This document shows, one piece after another, positions 18,866 to 27,607 of a stretch of DNA of 32,000 nucleotides. The stretch's first letter is position 1; every line of letters begins with the position of its first letter. Both the position numbers and the translations under genes were made by a program. Below the pieces are notes generated by a model. It saw nothing but the letters and a program-made list of their open reading frames with translations. It was not told the origin of the DNA and ran no database searches. Source of the DNA: Candidatus Saccharimonadota bacterium (GTDB lineage Bacteria; Pseudomonadota; Alphaproteobacteria; CAJXXZ01; 1604HC); NCBI RefSeq assembly GCF_008189525.1, contig NZ_CP043314.1, positions 300,001 through 332,000 on the forward strand, written 5' to 3'.

Positions 18866-20482
18866 TTGAAAAATTTGAACGAGAAAAACATACATATAGA
18901 ACAAAATGCAAAAAAGAGCACAGCAAGAAATGAAAAAAAACCTGAAATAAAGCTTTTTAACACCGCTTCTAAGTCAAAAGAAATTTTCAACCCTATATCT
19001 AAAAAGAATGTAAAAATTTATGCATGTGGACCTACTGTATATAGATCTCCACATGTAGGAAATGCTAGATCATTTGTTGTTTTTGACTGCTTATTCAGAT
19101 TAATGAAGTTTTATTATCCTAAAGTGTCATATGTAAGAAATGTCACAGATATAGATGATAAAATTATTATTGAAGCAAAAAAGCTAAATATAGAATTTAA
19201 AGATCTAACAAAAAATGTATTTAAGAATTTCAAAAAAGACTGCGCAGATTTGAATGTTTTAGATCCTACTCATGAGCCATTTGCAACTAATTTTATTGAT
19301 AAAATAATAGAAGATATAGAAATATTGATAAAAAATGGATTTGCTTACGTTTCTGATGATAATCTTGAGTTAAATTCTAATGGAAGTGAGAATACACAAG
19401 GTAATTCTTTAGAGTATAAAACAGAGCACAGTTCTAAAAACAAAAATGAGAATAAAGATGAATCAAACGATCAAAATGCTTTTATAAAATCTCAAGATTT
19501 ATGTAAAAGTTCATCTATTGATCTGAAATCACAGCATGTGTTTTTTGAAATTTCAAAATATGAAGAATACTTAAAATTTTCTGGAAAATCTGATCTTTTG
19601 TCTGGGGCAAGAATCGAGAAAAATGATTTAAAAAAATCCGATCAAGATTTTGTGTTATGGAAGCCAAGTGAAGATGTTTACTGGGAAAGTCCTTGGGGAA
19701 GAGGTCGTCCAGGCTGGCACATAGAGTGTACAACCATGAGCAAGTCAATATTAGGATTTCCATTTGATATACACTGTGGAGGTCAGGATCTAATTTTCCC
19801 TCATCATACAAATGAAATAGCTCAAACATGGGGAATGTGTCAGAAAAAATGTGCAAATTATTGGATACATAATAATTTTGTAAATATGAATAATGAAAAA
19901 ATGTCTAAAAGTATAGGAAACACACTTTTGCTAAAAGATGTTCTAGAAAATCACAACCCAATGGTAGTAAGGCTATTCTTACTTATGGCTCATTATAGAC
20001 ATCCTATGAATTGGACTGAGTCAGGATTGGATGAAGCATCAAATATTTATAAAAAATGGAGCAAAAAACTAATAGGAATACAGCCAGGAAACCCTACTGA
20101 AGAGTTTATAGAAATAATTTCAGATGATTTGAATACTACAACTGCTATAAAAAAAATATCAAAAGACTTAAAAAGCTTACAAAACGAAATCAACAAATCA
20201 GGTTTAAATGATCAGAAAGAAATAGACAGCGCAAGAAGAACAGAAAGTAACTATGTTAGTGAGAAGTTATGTAGAATAGCAGCTAACTGCAGTTTAATAG
20301 GAATAATATTCGAGGCAAACGATCAAATACTAACTGAAGAAATAGAAATTCTTATAGAAAAAAGAAAAATGTTTAAAAAAGAAAAAATGTACGCAAAAGC
20401 TGATGAAATAAGGGATAAATTAAAAGAAAATGGAATTTCTATTAAAGACACAAAAAATGGAACAGAATGGGAAAAGGATTAA
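18866..20482 (+). CDS. cysS: cysteine--tRNA ligase with a large internal insertion
   Basis: CGPTVYRSPHVGNAR (HIGH), DFVLWK, GRPGWHIECT, HCGGQDLIFPHH, KMSKS. TTG start is preceded by GGGAG (18856-18860) at 5 nt spacing. Confidence 0.95.
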   Translation: MKNLNEKNIHIEQNAKKSTARNEKKPEIKLFNTASKSKEIFNPISKKNVKIYACGPTVYRSPHVGNARSFVVFDCLFRLMKFYYPKVSYVRNVTDIDDKIIIEAKKLNIEFKDLTKNVFKNFKKDCADLNVLDPTHEPFATNFIDKIIEDIEILIKNGFAYVSDDNLELNSNGSENTQGNSLEYKTEHSSKNKNENKDESNDQNAFIKSQDLCKSSSIDLKSQHVFFEISKYEEYLKFSGKSDLLSGARIEKNDLKKSDQDFVLWKPSEDVYWESPWGRGRPGWHIECTTMSKSILGFPFDIHCGGQDLIFPHHTNEIAQTWGMCQKKCANYWIHNNFVNMNNEKMSKSIGNTLLLKDVLENHNPMVVRLFLLMAHYRHPMNWTESGLDEASNIYKKWSKKLIGIQPGNPTEEFIEIISDDLNTTTAIKKISKDLKSLQNEINKSGLNDQKEIDSARRTESNYVSEKLCRIAANCSLIGIIFEANDQILTEEIEILIEKRKMFKKEKMYAKADEIRDKLKENGISIKDTKNGTEWEKD

Positions 20483-20601
20483 ATTGAATTAAGTGTACAA
20501 AAGATTATACTAAGCATAAAAGAAATGTTATATGAGAAGGAAGTCATAAAAGAAAGTAAAATTATGAATAAAAAATTAAATTTAAATAGGAAATTAGAAA
20601 A

Positions 20602-21336
20602 ATGATTTATGACATATATTCAGATATATTTGGATTGATAAATAAAAATAAATTGATATTTATTTACTCAGAGGAAGATTCCTTATCTGCAAGTTTTTTT
20701 GATGAATTTATTGGTCAGAATGTAGAATTTGACCAGTTTTCAGAAAACATAATGCTAAGCTTAGGTTTAATACAAAACCCACCTGTAAAAATCAAAACTA
20801 CTTTAGCAAATGCAAAAAAAATTCTTAAGCTAAATGTAGGAAATTGGAAAAGGGAATGTATAGTTTGTGTAGATAAAAAAATAGAAATAAAGAAAAGTGA
20901 AAAAAATTATTCTGACATAGCAGTTGTTGATTGTAAAATCATGAATAAAACTAAATTCATTAATTTCTACTCTTCTCTATTTGGATATAAGTTTGATGAT
21001 GTAAAAGATGTTCTTTGGGTAGAAAACTTATATGATCTACATTACGCAAATAAAATTAACCTTATAGACAAAAGCTTGCTAAAAACTCTTAACACAGAAG
21101 AGAAAAAAACGTTCTCTAGTCTGAACTCAAAAGATTTAGAGTCAAGAATGAGGTTGTGGCAAAATGTAGATAGTCCTTGGTCTTGGATTAGATTTTTACA
21201 ATATCACTATAGAATGAGAGGTAAAAGCGCTCTATATGCAGATGCATTACATCTAGAAACCTGGGCCAGAGAGACAACTCCTAATGATGAAGTTTTTATA
21301 TGGATGTGCAGACAACTAATGGAGAGAGAAGAGTAA
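20602..21336 (+). CDS. hypothetical protein
   Basis: 244-codon ORF. The N-terminus LIFIYSEEDSLSASFFDEF is only vaguely reminiscent of DNA polymerase III delta N-termini, which is not enough for an assignment. Confidence 0.6.
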   Translation: MIYDIYSDIFGLINKNKLIFIYSEEDSLSASFFDEFIGQNVEFDQFSENIMLSLGLIQNPPVKIKTTLANAKKILKLNVGNWKRECIVCVDKKIEIKKSEKNYSDIAVVDCKIMNKTKFINFYSSLFGYKFDDVKDVLWVENLYDLHYANKINLIDKSLLKTLNTEEKKTFSSLNSKDLESRMRLWQNVDSPWSWIRFLQYHYRMRGKSALYADALHLETWARETTPNDEVFIWMCRQLMEREE

Positions 21337-21443
21337 TTAGTCAAAGAGTTAGTCATAGATATTCAATAGTTAATCAAAGATTTATTTTTCACAAAATAAT
21401 TATTAAGTATAAATTTATTGAATATTTGTAAATTGATCACACT

Positions 21444-21481
21444 AAGTATTATTTTATATTTTAAGTGTTATTTTATATTTT
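21444..21481. repeat. 19-nt tandem duplication upstream of hisS
   Basis: AAGTATTATTTTATATTTT (21444-21462) is followed directly by AAGTGTTATTTTATATTTT (21463-21481), with one mismatch. A second pair, ACATTTAAT, lies at 21490-21498 and 21502-21510. Confidence 0.7.
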
Positions 21482-21536
21482 TTGAATCTACATTTAATAT
21501 CACATTTAATGCTACAATTCCCTTGATAGGGGTTTT

Positions 21537-22955
21537 ATGGGAGTAAGAGGAACGAAAGATTGGGTACAAAATTACAAAAAGTACAGAGAAATAATAAATG
21601 TTTTCGAAGCTCATACTAAAACTCATGGATTTGATCAAATAAATCCATCTATATTAGAAAATGCATCTCTTTTTTCAAGGAGCGTAGGCGAAGATTCAGA
21701 TATAATGAACAAAGAAATGTTCTACGTGATTTCTAAAGAAAGTAATTCTATGGATACTGTTCTTAGACCTGAGTTTACAACATCTGTAATCAGAGCATTG
21801 CTAGAAAGCAACTCAATTCAAAACAAGAAAGTATCCTATTATGGGCCAGTTTTCAGACACAATAGACCTCAAAAGGGTAGGTTAAGAGAATTTACACAGC
21901 TTGGTTGCGAAGTTTTAGAAGATAGTCCATATGTAGATGCAGATGTTATTCTATGTGCGTACAAAATTGTTAAAGATTTAGATATTAATATTAGTATAAA
22001 AATCAACACTCTAGGATCTAAAGAAACATTAAATACGTATATAAAAGAAATTGAGAGTTTATTTTACAAGCTAAAGCATGAAGATTGTACAGATTTCGTA
22101 AATTTAAAAGAGAATAGCGCAAGCAAGAATACAAAAGATTTTGAAGAAGGGCCAAGGAAATCAGAAAAATTAACTGAGATTATAAATAAAATTAAAAGCT
22201 TTGACATTAAAAACCCAATAAGAATTCTAGACAAAATGAGCTCAAAAGAAAAAGTGCTATTAAATATTCCAAAAATAAGTGATTTTCTGGACAAGGAATC
22301 TTTAGATAGGTTTAGTAAGGTTTGCATAGCGCTTAAAGAAATGAAAGTTCCATTTGAAGTTGATCCTTATTTAGTAAGAGGATTGGATTATTATAAGCAC
22401 ACAGTATTTGAATTTGAGGATGAAAGCGAATCTCTAGGAAAATCTATTTTAGGTGGTGGGTGCTATCAAGGCTTAGTGAAAAGCCTAGGAGGTCCTGACA
22501 TAAATGGAGTTGGATGGTCTTTTGGACTAGAAAGAATGGCATTGCTAATAAATACTGACAAATTATCAGAAGAGAACATCATAGCTGTGATTCCTATAAA
22601 CAAAACAAGCAAAGCAGAAAAAGAAATAAGTATAGAAGGAGAAAATCTAGAAAAATCAAAACAGAACAATCCAGAAGAAAGTGAAGCAGAAAAAGAGCAT
22701 ATTTTAAATAATATTTATGTAATGAAAGTTGCTGAAAAAATTAGAAAAAATATAAACAAGAACAGTGACATAAAATTAATTCTGTTCCACGATGAGTGGA
22801 AGAAATCTATGAAAAAGCTCTCTAAAATAAATCCTAGCATGATTGTTTTTTGTGGAAAAGAAGAAAGAAATGAAATGAAAATTACTATAAAAAACTGCTC
22901 TACAAAAGAGCAAAAAAACATTTCTTATGATGATATAGAAACAGTTCTTGTTTAA
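21537..22955 (+). CDS. hisS: histidine--tRNA ligase
   Basis: Motif 1/2 (LRPEFT, FRHNRPQKGRLREFTQLGCEV), HisA motif RGLDYY, GGGCYQGL (canonical GGGRYDGL), motif 3 GWSFGLERM. C-terminal anticodon-binding domain. SD AGGGG is 5 nt upstream. Confidence 0.93.
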   Translation: MGVRGTKDWVQNYKKYREIINVFEAHTKTHGFDQINPSILENASLFSRSVGEDSDIMNKEMFYVISKESNSMDTVLRPEFTTSVIRALLESNSIQNKKVSYYGPVFRHNRPQKGRLREFTQLGCEVLEDSPYVDADVILCAYKIVKDLDINISIKINTLGSKETLNTYIKEIESLFYKLKHEDCTDFVNLKENSASKNTKDFEEGPRKSEKLTEIINKIKSFDIKNPIRILDKMSSKEKVLLNIPKISDFLDKESLDRFSKVCIALKEMKVPFEVDPYLVRGLDYYKHTVFEFEDESESLGKSILGGGCYQGLVKSLGGPDINGVGWSFGLERMALLINTDKLSEENIIAVIPINKTSKAEKEISIEGENLEKSKQNNPEESEAEKEHILNNIYVMKVAEKIRKNINKNSDIKLILFHDEWKKSMKKLSKINPSMIVFCGKEERNEMKITIKNCSTKEQKNISYDDIETVLV

Positions 22956-22987
22956 ATAAAATTACTATTCATTATAATGGAGTTAAT

Positions 22988-24097
22988 ATGAATATAAAAT
23001 CAGGGAATATTAGTAAAAATACATTGAAAATCCTGTCTAAAATCGATGAAGCAAAACAAAATAATTGGTGGAAAGAAATCATTGAAGAATATGCATTTCT
23101 TGAAAAAAAATCTGAAGATATGTTCTTAAGTGGAGCAGAAAAAGCAGATGTTTATAAGAGAATGGGTATGATTTTTAAAGAATTAGAAATATCCAAAAAA
23201 GCAGAATTAGCTTTTGATACCATTTTGCAAATTGAAGAGTTGTCGAAATTTGAACAAGAAGATGAATTTGCAAATGAATTAAGAAAAGAGCAATCAGACC
23301 TTTTAAATGATTTAGAAAAATTAAAAACTGATTTTTCTGATTTAAAAAACAAAACCCAAGAATCTGATCAATCAATTATAATGGAAATAAAACCTGGTGT
23401 AGGAGGAGATGAAGCTGCTTTATTTTCTTCTTTATTATTATCAATGTATGCAAATTATTGTACAAACAGAAAATTTAAATTCGAAATAATAAACCAAAAT
23501 ATAACTGATATAGGTGGATTGAAGGAAGTTATTATAAATATAAGTGGAGAAAATGCATTTAATTTACTAAAAAATGAATCTGGTGTACATAGAGTGCAAA
23601 GAGTTCCTAAAACAGAGTCATCTGGAAGAATACATACATCTACATCAGCTGTATCTGTTATGCAAGAAAAAGAAAATGTAGATATAAAAATAGATGAGAA
23701 TTATCTTAGAGTAGATGTATACAGATCTAGCGGACCTGGCGGGCAATCTGTAAATACAACTGATAGCGCAGTTAGATTAACCTATTCAGATCCTGATTTA
23801 GATACAATTACAGTTTGCATACAAGATGAAAAATCTCAACATAAAAATAAAGAAAAAGGAATGAAAGTTTTGAAAACCAGGTTAGTAGATATGGTGGAAA
23901 GAAAAGAACAAGAAAATTTAGCTAGTATAAAAAAGGAGCAAATAGGTTCAGCCGATAGATCTGAAAAAATTAGAACATATAATTTTCCACAAAACAGAAT
24001 TACAGACCACAGATCTAAAGTAACCATACATTCTATTAACGATTCAAACCTCATGACATTTGAATCAATGGAAAAAATCATAAAATCTCTTGAGTAA
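22988..24097 (+). CDS. prfA: peptide chain release factor 1
   Basis: PxT-type anticodon loop RVQRVPKTESSGRIHTS and GGQ motif SGPGGQSVNTTDSAVRLT. SD TGGAG is 5 nt upstream. Confidence 0.95.
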   Translation: MNIKSGNISKNTLKILSKIDEAKQNNWWKEIIEEYAFLEKKSEDMFLSGAEKADVYKRMGMIFKELEISKKAELAFDTILQIEELSKFEQEDEFANELRKEQSDLLNDLEKLKTDFSDLKNKTQESDQSIIMEIKPGVGGDEAALFSSLLLSMYANYCTNRKFKFEIINQNITDIGGLKEVIINISGENAFNLLKNESGVHRVQRVPKTESSGRIHTSTSAVSVMQEKENVDIKIDENYLRVDVYRSSGPGGQSVNTTDSAVRLTYSDPDLDTITVCIQDEKSQHKNKEKGMKVLKTRLVDMVERKEQENLASIKKEQIGSADRSEKIRTYNFPQNRITDHRSKVTIHSINDSNLMTFESMEKIIKSLE

Positions 24098-24252
24098 ATA
24101 ATGGAAATATCTAGTGCTTTTCATAAACCTTGTTCATAATCTCACAAATCTTGTTCACTTAAATTTTTCTTTTACGAATTAAAAAATATCAATAACAAAG
24201 TAAGTATTAAAATCATAATACAATACAATTTTAAAAATGTTATAAGATATAT

Positions 24253-25479
24253 ATGAACGCAGAGAATAAAGAATATACAAATAAAGAAAGTATATTTCAG
24301 TTAATCAAAGAAGAAGAAAAAAGACAAAAAGAAACTTTATCTTTAATAGCTTCAGAAAACATAACATCCAAAGACGTTATGATTGCCCAAGGATCTTGCT
24401 TAACAAATAAATATGCTGAAGGTTATTCAGGAAAAAGATACTATGGCGGATGCACTGTAGTCGATAAAATAGAAGAAAGAGCGATTGAAAATGCTTGTGC
24501 ATTATTTGGAGCCAAGCATGCAAATGTACAACCACATTCTGGATCTCAGGCAAATATGGGAGTTTTCTTTGGACTTTTAAACCCTGGAGATACTATTTTA
24601 GGGATGTCCTTACAATCTGGAGGGCATTTAACTCATGGATTTAAAGTAAACTTCTCTGGACAATTCTATAATTCAATTTCATATGGCGTGAATAACGATG
24701 GGATCATAGATATGAATGAAGTAAGAGATCTTGCAATAAAACATAAACCAAAAATGATTATAGCCGGAATATCATCATACAGCAGAATTTTAGATTGGAA
24801 GAAATTTAGATCTATATGTGATGAAGTAGGCGCTATTTTGCTTTGTGATATAGCTCATGTATCTGGATTAATTGCAGCAAAAGAATACCCTAATCCAATA
24901 CATGAAGCAGATGTAGTAACATCTACAACACATAAAACATTAAGAGGACCAAGAGGAGGTCTAATTCTTACAAACAACTCAGATATATTTAATAAGATTA
25001 ATAAAGGAACTTTCCCTGCAGTACAAGGAGGGCCTATGATGCACTCTATAGCAGCAAAAGCAATTTGTTTTGAAAGCGCAAATCAAGAAAATTTTAAAAA
25101 CTATATAAAAGATGTAATTAAAAATGCACAACTTATGGCTGATGAATTATCAACAGATTTTGAAATAATTTCTGGAGGAACAGATACACATATGTTTGTA
25201 GTCAAATTAAATGATTGCTCTGGAAAAGAGGCTCAAAAATGGTTAGAAGAATCTGGAATTATAGTTAATAAAAACACAGTGCCTAATGATAAAAAATCTC
25301 CTGCAGAAACATCTGGAATAAGAATAGGAACTCCATCTTGCTCTTCCAGAAAAGTAGATAAATCTACAATTATAGAAATATCAAGATATATTAAAGAAAT
25401 TATAAACTCAAAAGGAAAGAATAATTTCAAATCTGAAATAGAAAAAATATGCTACAAATTTCCTATCCTTGAGTTTTAA
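24253..25479 (+). CDS. glyA: serine hydroxymethyltransferase
   Basis: LIASENITS, YAEGYSGKRYYGG, PLP-lysine motif VVTSTTHKTLRGPRGG. Confidence 0.97.
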   Translation: MNAENKEYTNKESIFQLIKEEEKRQKETLSLIASENITSKDVMIAQGSCLTNKYAEGYSGKRYYGGCTVVDKIEERAIENACALFGAKHANVQPHSGSQANMGVFFGLLNPGDTILGMSLQSGGHLTHGFKVNFSGQFYNSISYGVNNDGIIDMNEVRDLAIKHKPKMIIAGISSYSRILDWKKFRSICDEVGAILLCDIAHVSGLIAAKEYPNPIHEADVVTSTTHKTLRGPRGGLILTNNSDIFNKINKGTFPAVQGGPMMHSIAAKAICFESANQENFKNYIKDVIKNAQLMADELSTDFEIISGGTDTHMFVVKLNDCSGKEAQKWLEESGIIVNKNTVPNDKKSPAETSGIRIGTPSCSSRKVDKSTIIEISRYIKEIINSKGKNNFKSEIEKICYKFPILEF

Positions 25480-25551
25480 ATCATACTAGCAATTAGAAGG
25501 TAAAATACATAAAGAGCTGGAAAATATTCTAAAGAATTATAAAATAGAATT

Positions 25552-27330
25552 ATGAAAAATAAACTTATTCTGTTTGCATTATTAACTAACCATATAACTT
25601 CTAGTTATGAATTAGAACTATCTAATCTACATAAAAATGTTCAAACATCAGTTCTTGGCCATACATTTCTCTCAACTAAAAAAAGTATAAATGCATATCT
25701 TTCCAAAACAGTGGAAGAAGTAAAAGAACTAACATTTGAAGATCTACAAACCAAAATATCAACTTGGATTAAAAACATGCTTTCTGATATAAAAGAAACT
25801 GATGCAAAAAAATTGGAATTAGAAGTCACAACAGATACAGTATTAAAAATCAAAGAAAATCCAAAAAACTCTAGAGAAATTCTTGAAAATAAAATTCTAA
25901 TAATGACTGCTTTATATGAATCTCAAGTAATTCTTGAAAACCATTCACTTGAAGATTTGAGATATGAAGGCATAAGCGATAAACCTTCACGTGAATTACT
26001 AAATAAGAAATTCAAGAATGAAATAGCATATCTGGTGGAATTTTTTTATAGAGTCAATGAAAAAGTAAAGTTAGAAAATGAATTTACATGTGTATCTAAG
26101 CATATTAGAGCTTTTAGTATAAATGATAAATGTGATGTAAACACAATGAAGCTAAAAATAAGATTTATAACAGATCATATAGGAAAAAAAGTTCCATTTA
26201 TTTATGATGCAAATTGCAAGTTAGGTGTAAAAGAAATTTTCTTAGGGAGCTTTATTGGAACACCTGAACTTTGGATCTACAATGGCAATGTAATTCAAGA
26301 ACCAGCAATACATATATGTGAACTAAGAAAATACACTGGTATACATTTCGTATATGGAGAAAGCGAAGGATTAGATAGCGCTACTTTTGTTTCTCAGCTT
26401 TTATATAATGATTCAGAGAAAAAAGAATTCTCAGATTTAATGAAAAAATTAGTAGAAAAATATAAAGACAAAATAATTTTCTCTGGTGAAATAAAAAGAT
26501 ATGGATTTCCTGACAAAGATACACTGTTCACAAAAATTACAAAAGAAATGGTATTTGATACAATGAAACTTGCAACTTTTCAAGAAGATTCTGCTCAAAA
26601 AATAATTTTGGGGTTAATTAATTATCTACAAACTATAGATAATTATCATGAACATGAATCAATTCTAACAGAACATAAAATTCAGAAGAAAAGTAAAAAA
26701 AACACATGTTCAAAGAAAAAAAATAAGAAAAAAATCTTGTCAAGTAAACATGAAATTAAAAAAACATTAGAATCTGAACAAGAAGAAAAAATAGTTGAAG
26801 AAGTAGATATAGATAATGTTGAAACAATTGAAGAATCTGAAAATGCAATCATAGACAATCAGGATGTAAGGGCAGTTAGTGATACAGAAGCCACAAGAGA
26901 TGAAGATCAATTTACAAGAGAGATTAAGTCTGATTCAGAAAGTGCTACCGAAGAAGAGTTGGCAATAGAAACAAATGAAGGAGATGAAGTTGCTTCTGAT
27001 AATAGAAGAGCAATTCATTTGAGCAAAGAAGAGAAAATCAATCTAATAAGTAATGCATTGCTTAGTAAAGTAGAAGGAAAATCTATTTTCAAAAAAGATC
27101 ACATGCTAAGCATAATTTCAGACTGGTTAAAACACACAAATCTATATGACAAAGTAAATAAAGTTAATATAAAAGGATCTCATGTAAGTTTTCATATAAA
27201 TAATATGTATGTTAAGTTTGCATTACCACATGGATCCAGTTCAGACGGAGCAAGCAAAAATGTAATGGGTAAAATTGCCAAACAAATATCTAGAATAAAG
27301 CAAGAATCAGAGAAAAGTAGTAATAATTAA
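25552..27330 (+). CDS. orphan signal-peptide protein with Lys-rich tract, acidic tract and C-terminal HicA-like domain (paralogue A)
   Basis: 592-codon ORF. N-terminus MKNKLILFALLTNHITSS. Central domain shared with 29029..30351. KKSKKNTCSKKKNKKK (about nt 26677-26763). E/D-rich region (about 26767-27000). C-terminal SDWLKHTNLYDKVNKVNIKGSHVSFHINNMYVKFALPHGSSSDGASKNVMGKIAKQI (about 27091-27297). Confidence 0.8.
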   Translation: MKNKLILFALLTNHITSSYELELSNLHKNVQTSVLGHTFLSTKKSINAYLSKTVEEVKELTFEDLQTKISTWIKNMLSDIKETDAKKLELEVTTDTVLKIKENPKNSREILENKILIMTALYESQVILENHSLEDLRYEGISDKPSRELLNKKFKNEIAYLVEFFYRVNEKVKLENEFTCVSKHIRAFSINDKCDVNTMKLKIRFITDHIGKKVPFIYDANCKLGVKEIFLGSFIGTPELWIYNGNVIQEPAIHICELRKYTGIHFVYGESEGLDSATFVSQLLYNDSEKKEFSDLMKKLVEKYKDKIIFSGEIKRYGFPDKDTLFTKITKEMVFDTMKLATFQEDSAQKIILGLINYLQTIDNYHEHESILTEHKIQKKSKKNTCSKKKNKKKILSSKHEIKKTLESEQEEKIVEEVDIDNVETIEESENAIIDNQDVRAVSDTEATRDEDQFTREIKSDSESATEEELAIETNEGDEVASDNRRAIHLSKEEKINLISNALLSKVEGKSIFKKDHMLSIISDWLKHTNLYDKVNKVNIKGSHVSFHINNMYVKFALPHGSSSDGASKNVMGKIAKQISRIKQESEKSSNN

Positions 27331-27607
27331 TCTAAAAAATCATATCTTACAGCTTTTCACACAATTCAAGCAGGCATGAAATAATTAAAAATATCAAAAC
27401 AATAAAATAGAATTTATCAGATTATTTAATAACCAGCTGATTAAGAAGAAAAAACCTAAACACTAACAACTTGCTCTTTTAATCTATTATTTTAAGCATT
27501 TATTATGTTGTAATAAAAAATTAAACAATATTATCAAAGCAAACAACTTTATTTTTATGAATAGAAATTAATAGAAAAGCACTAATTATAAGTTAATTAG
27601 TTTTTTA

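Noticed and set aside
20525-20605. 26-codon upstream ORF (MLYEKEVIKESKIMNKKLNLNRKLEK) whose TGA overlaps the ATG of ORF 20602..21336
   Set aside because: ATGA coupling is suggestive. However, an ORF this short with a low-complexity K/N/E translation and no SD is well within chance expectation, so it is not reported as a gene.
23606-23614. RF1 anticodon-mimic tripeptide reads PKT instead of the common PAT
   Set aside because: The middle residue of the PxT motif is variable among RF1 proteins. With an intact GGQ and a normal RF1 context, this gives no basis for inferring altered stop-codon recognition.
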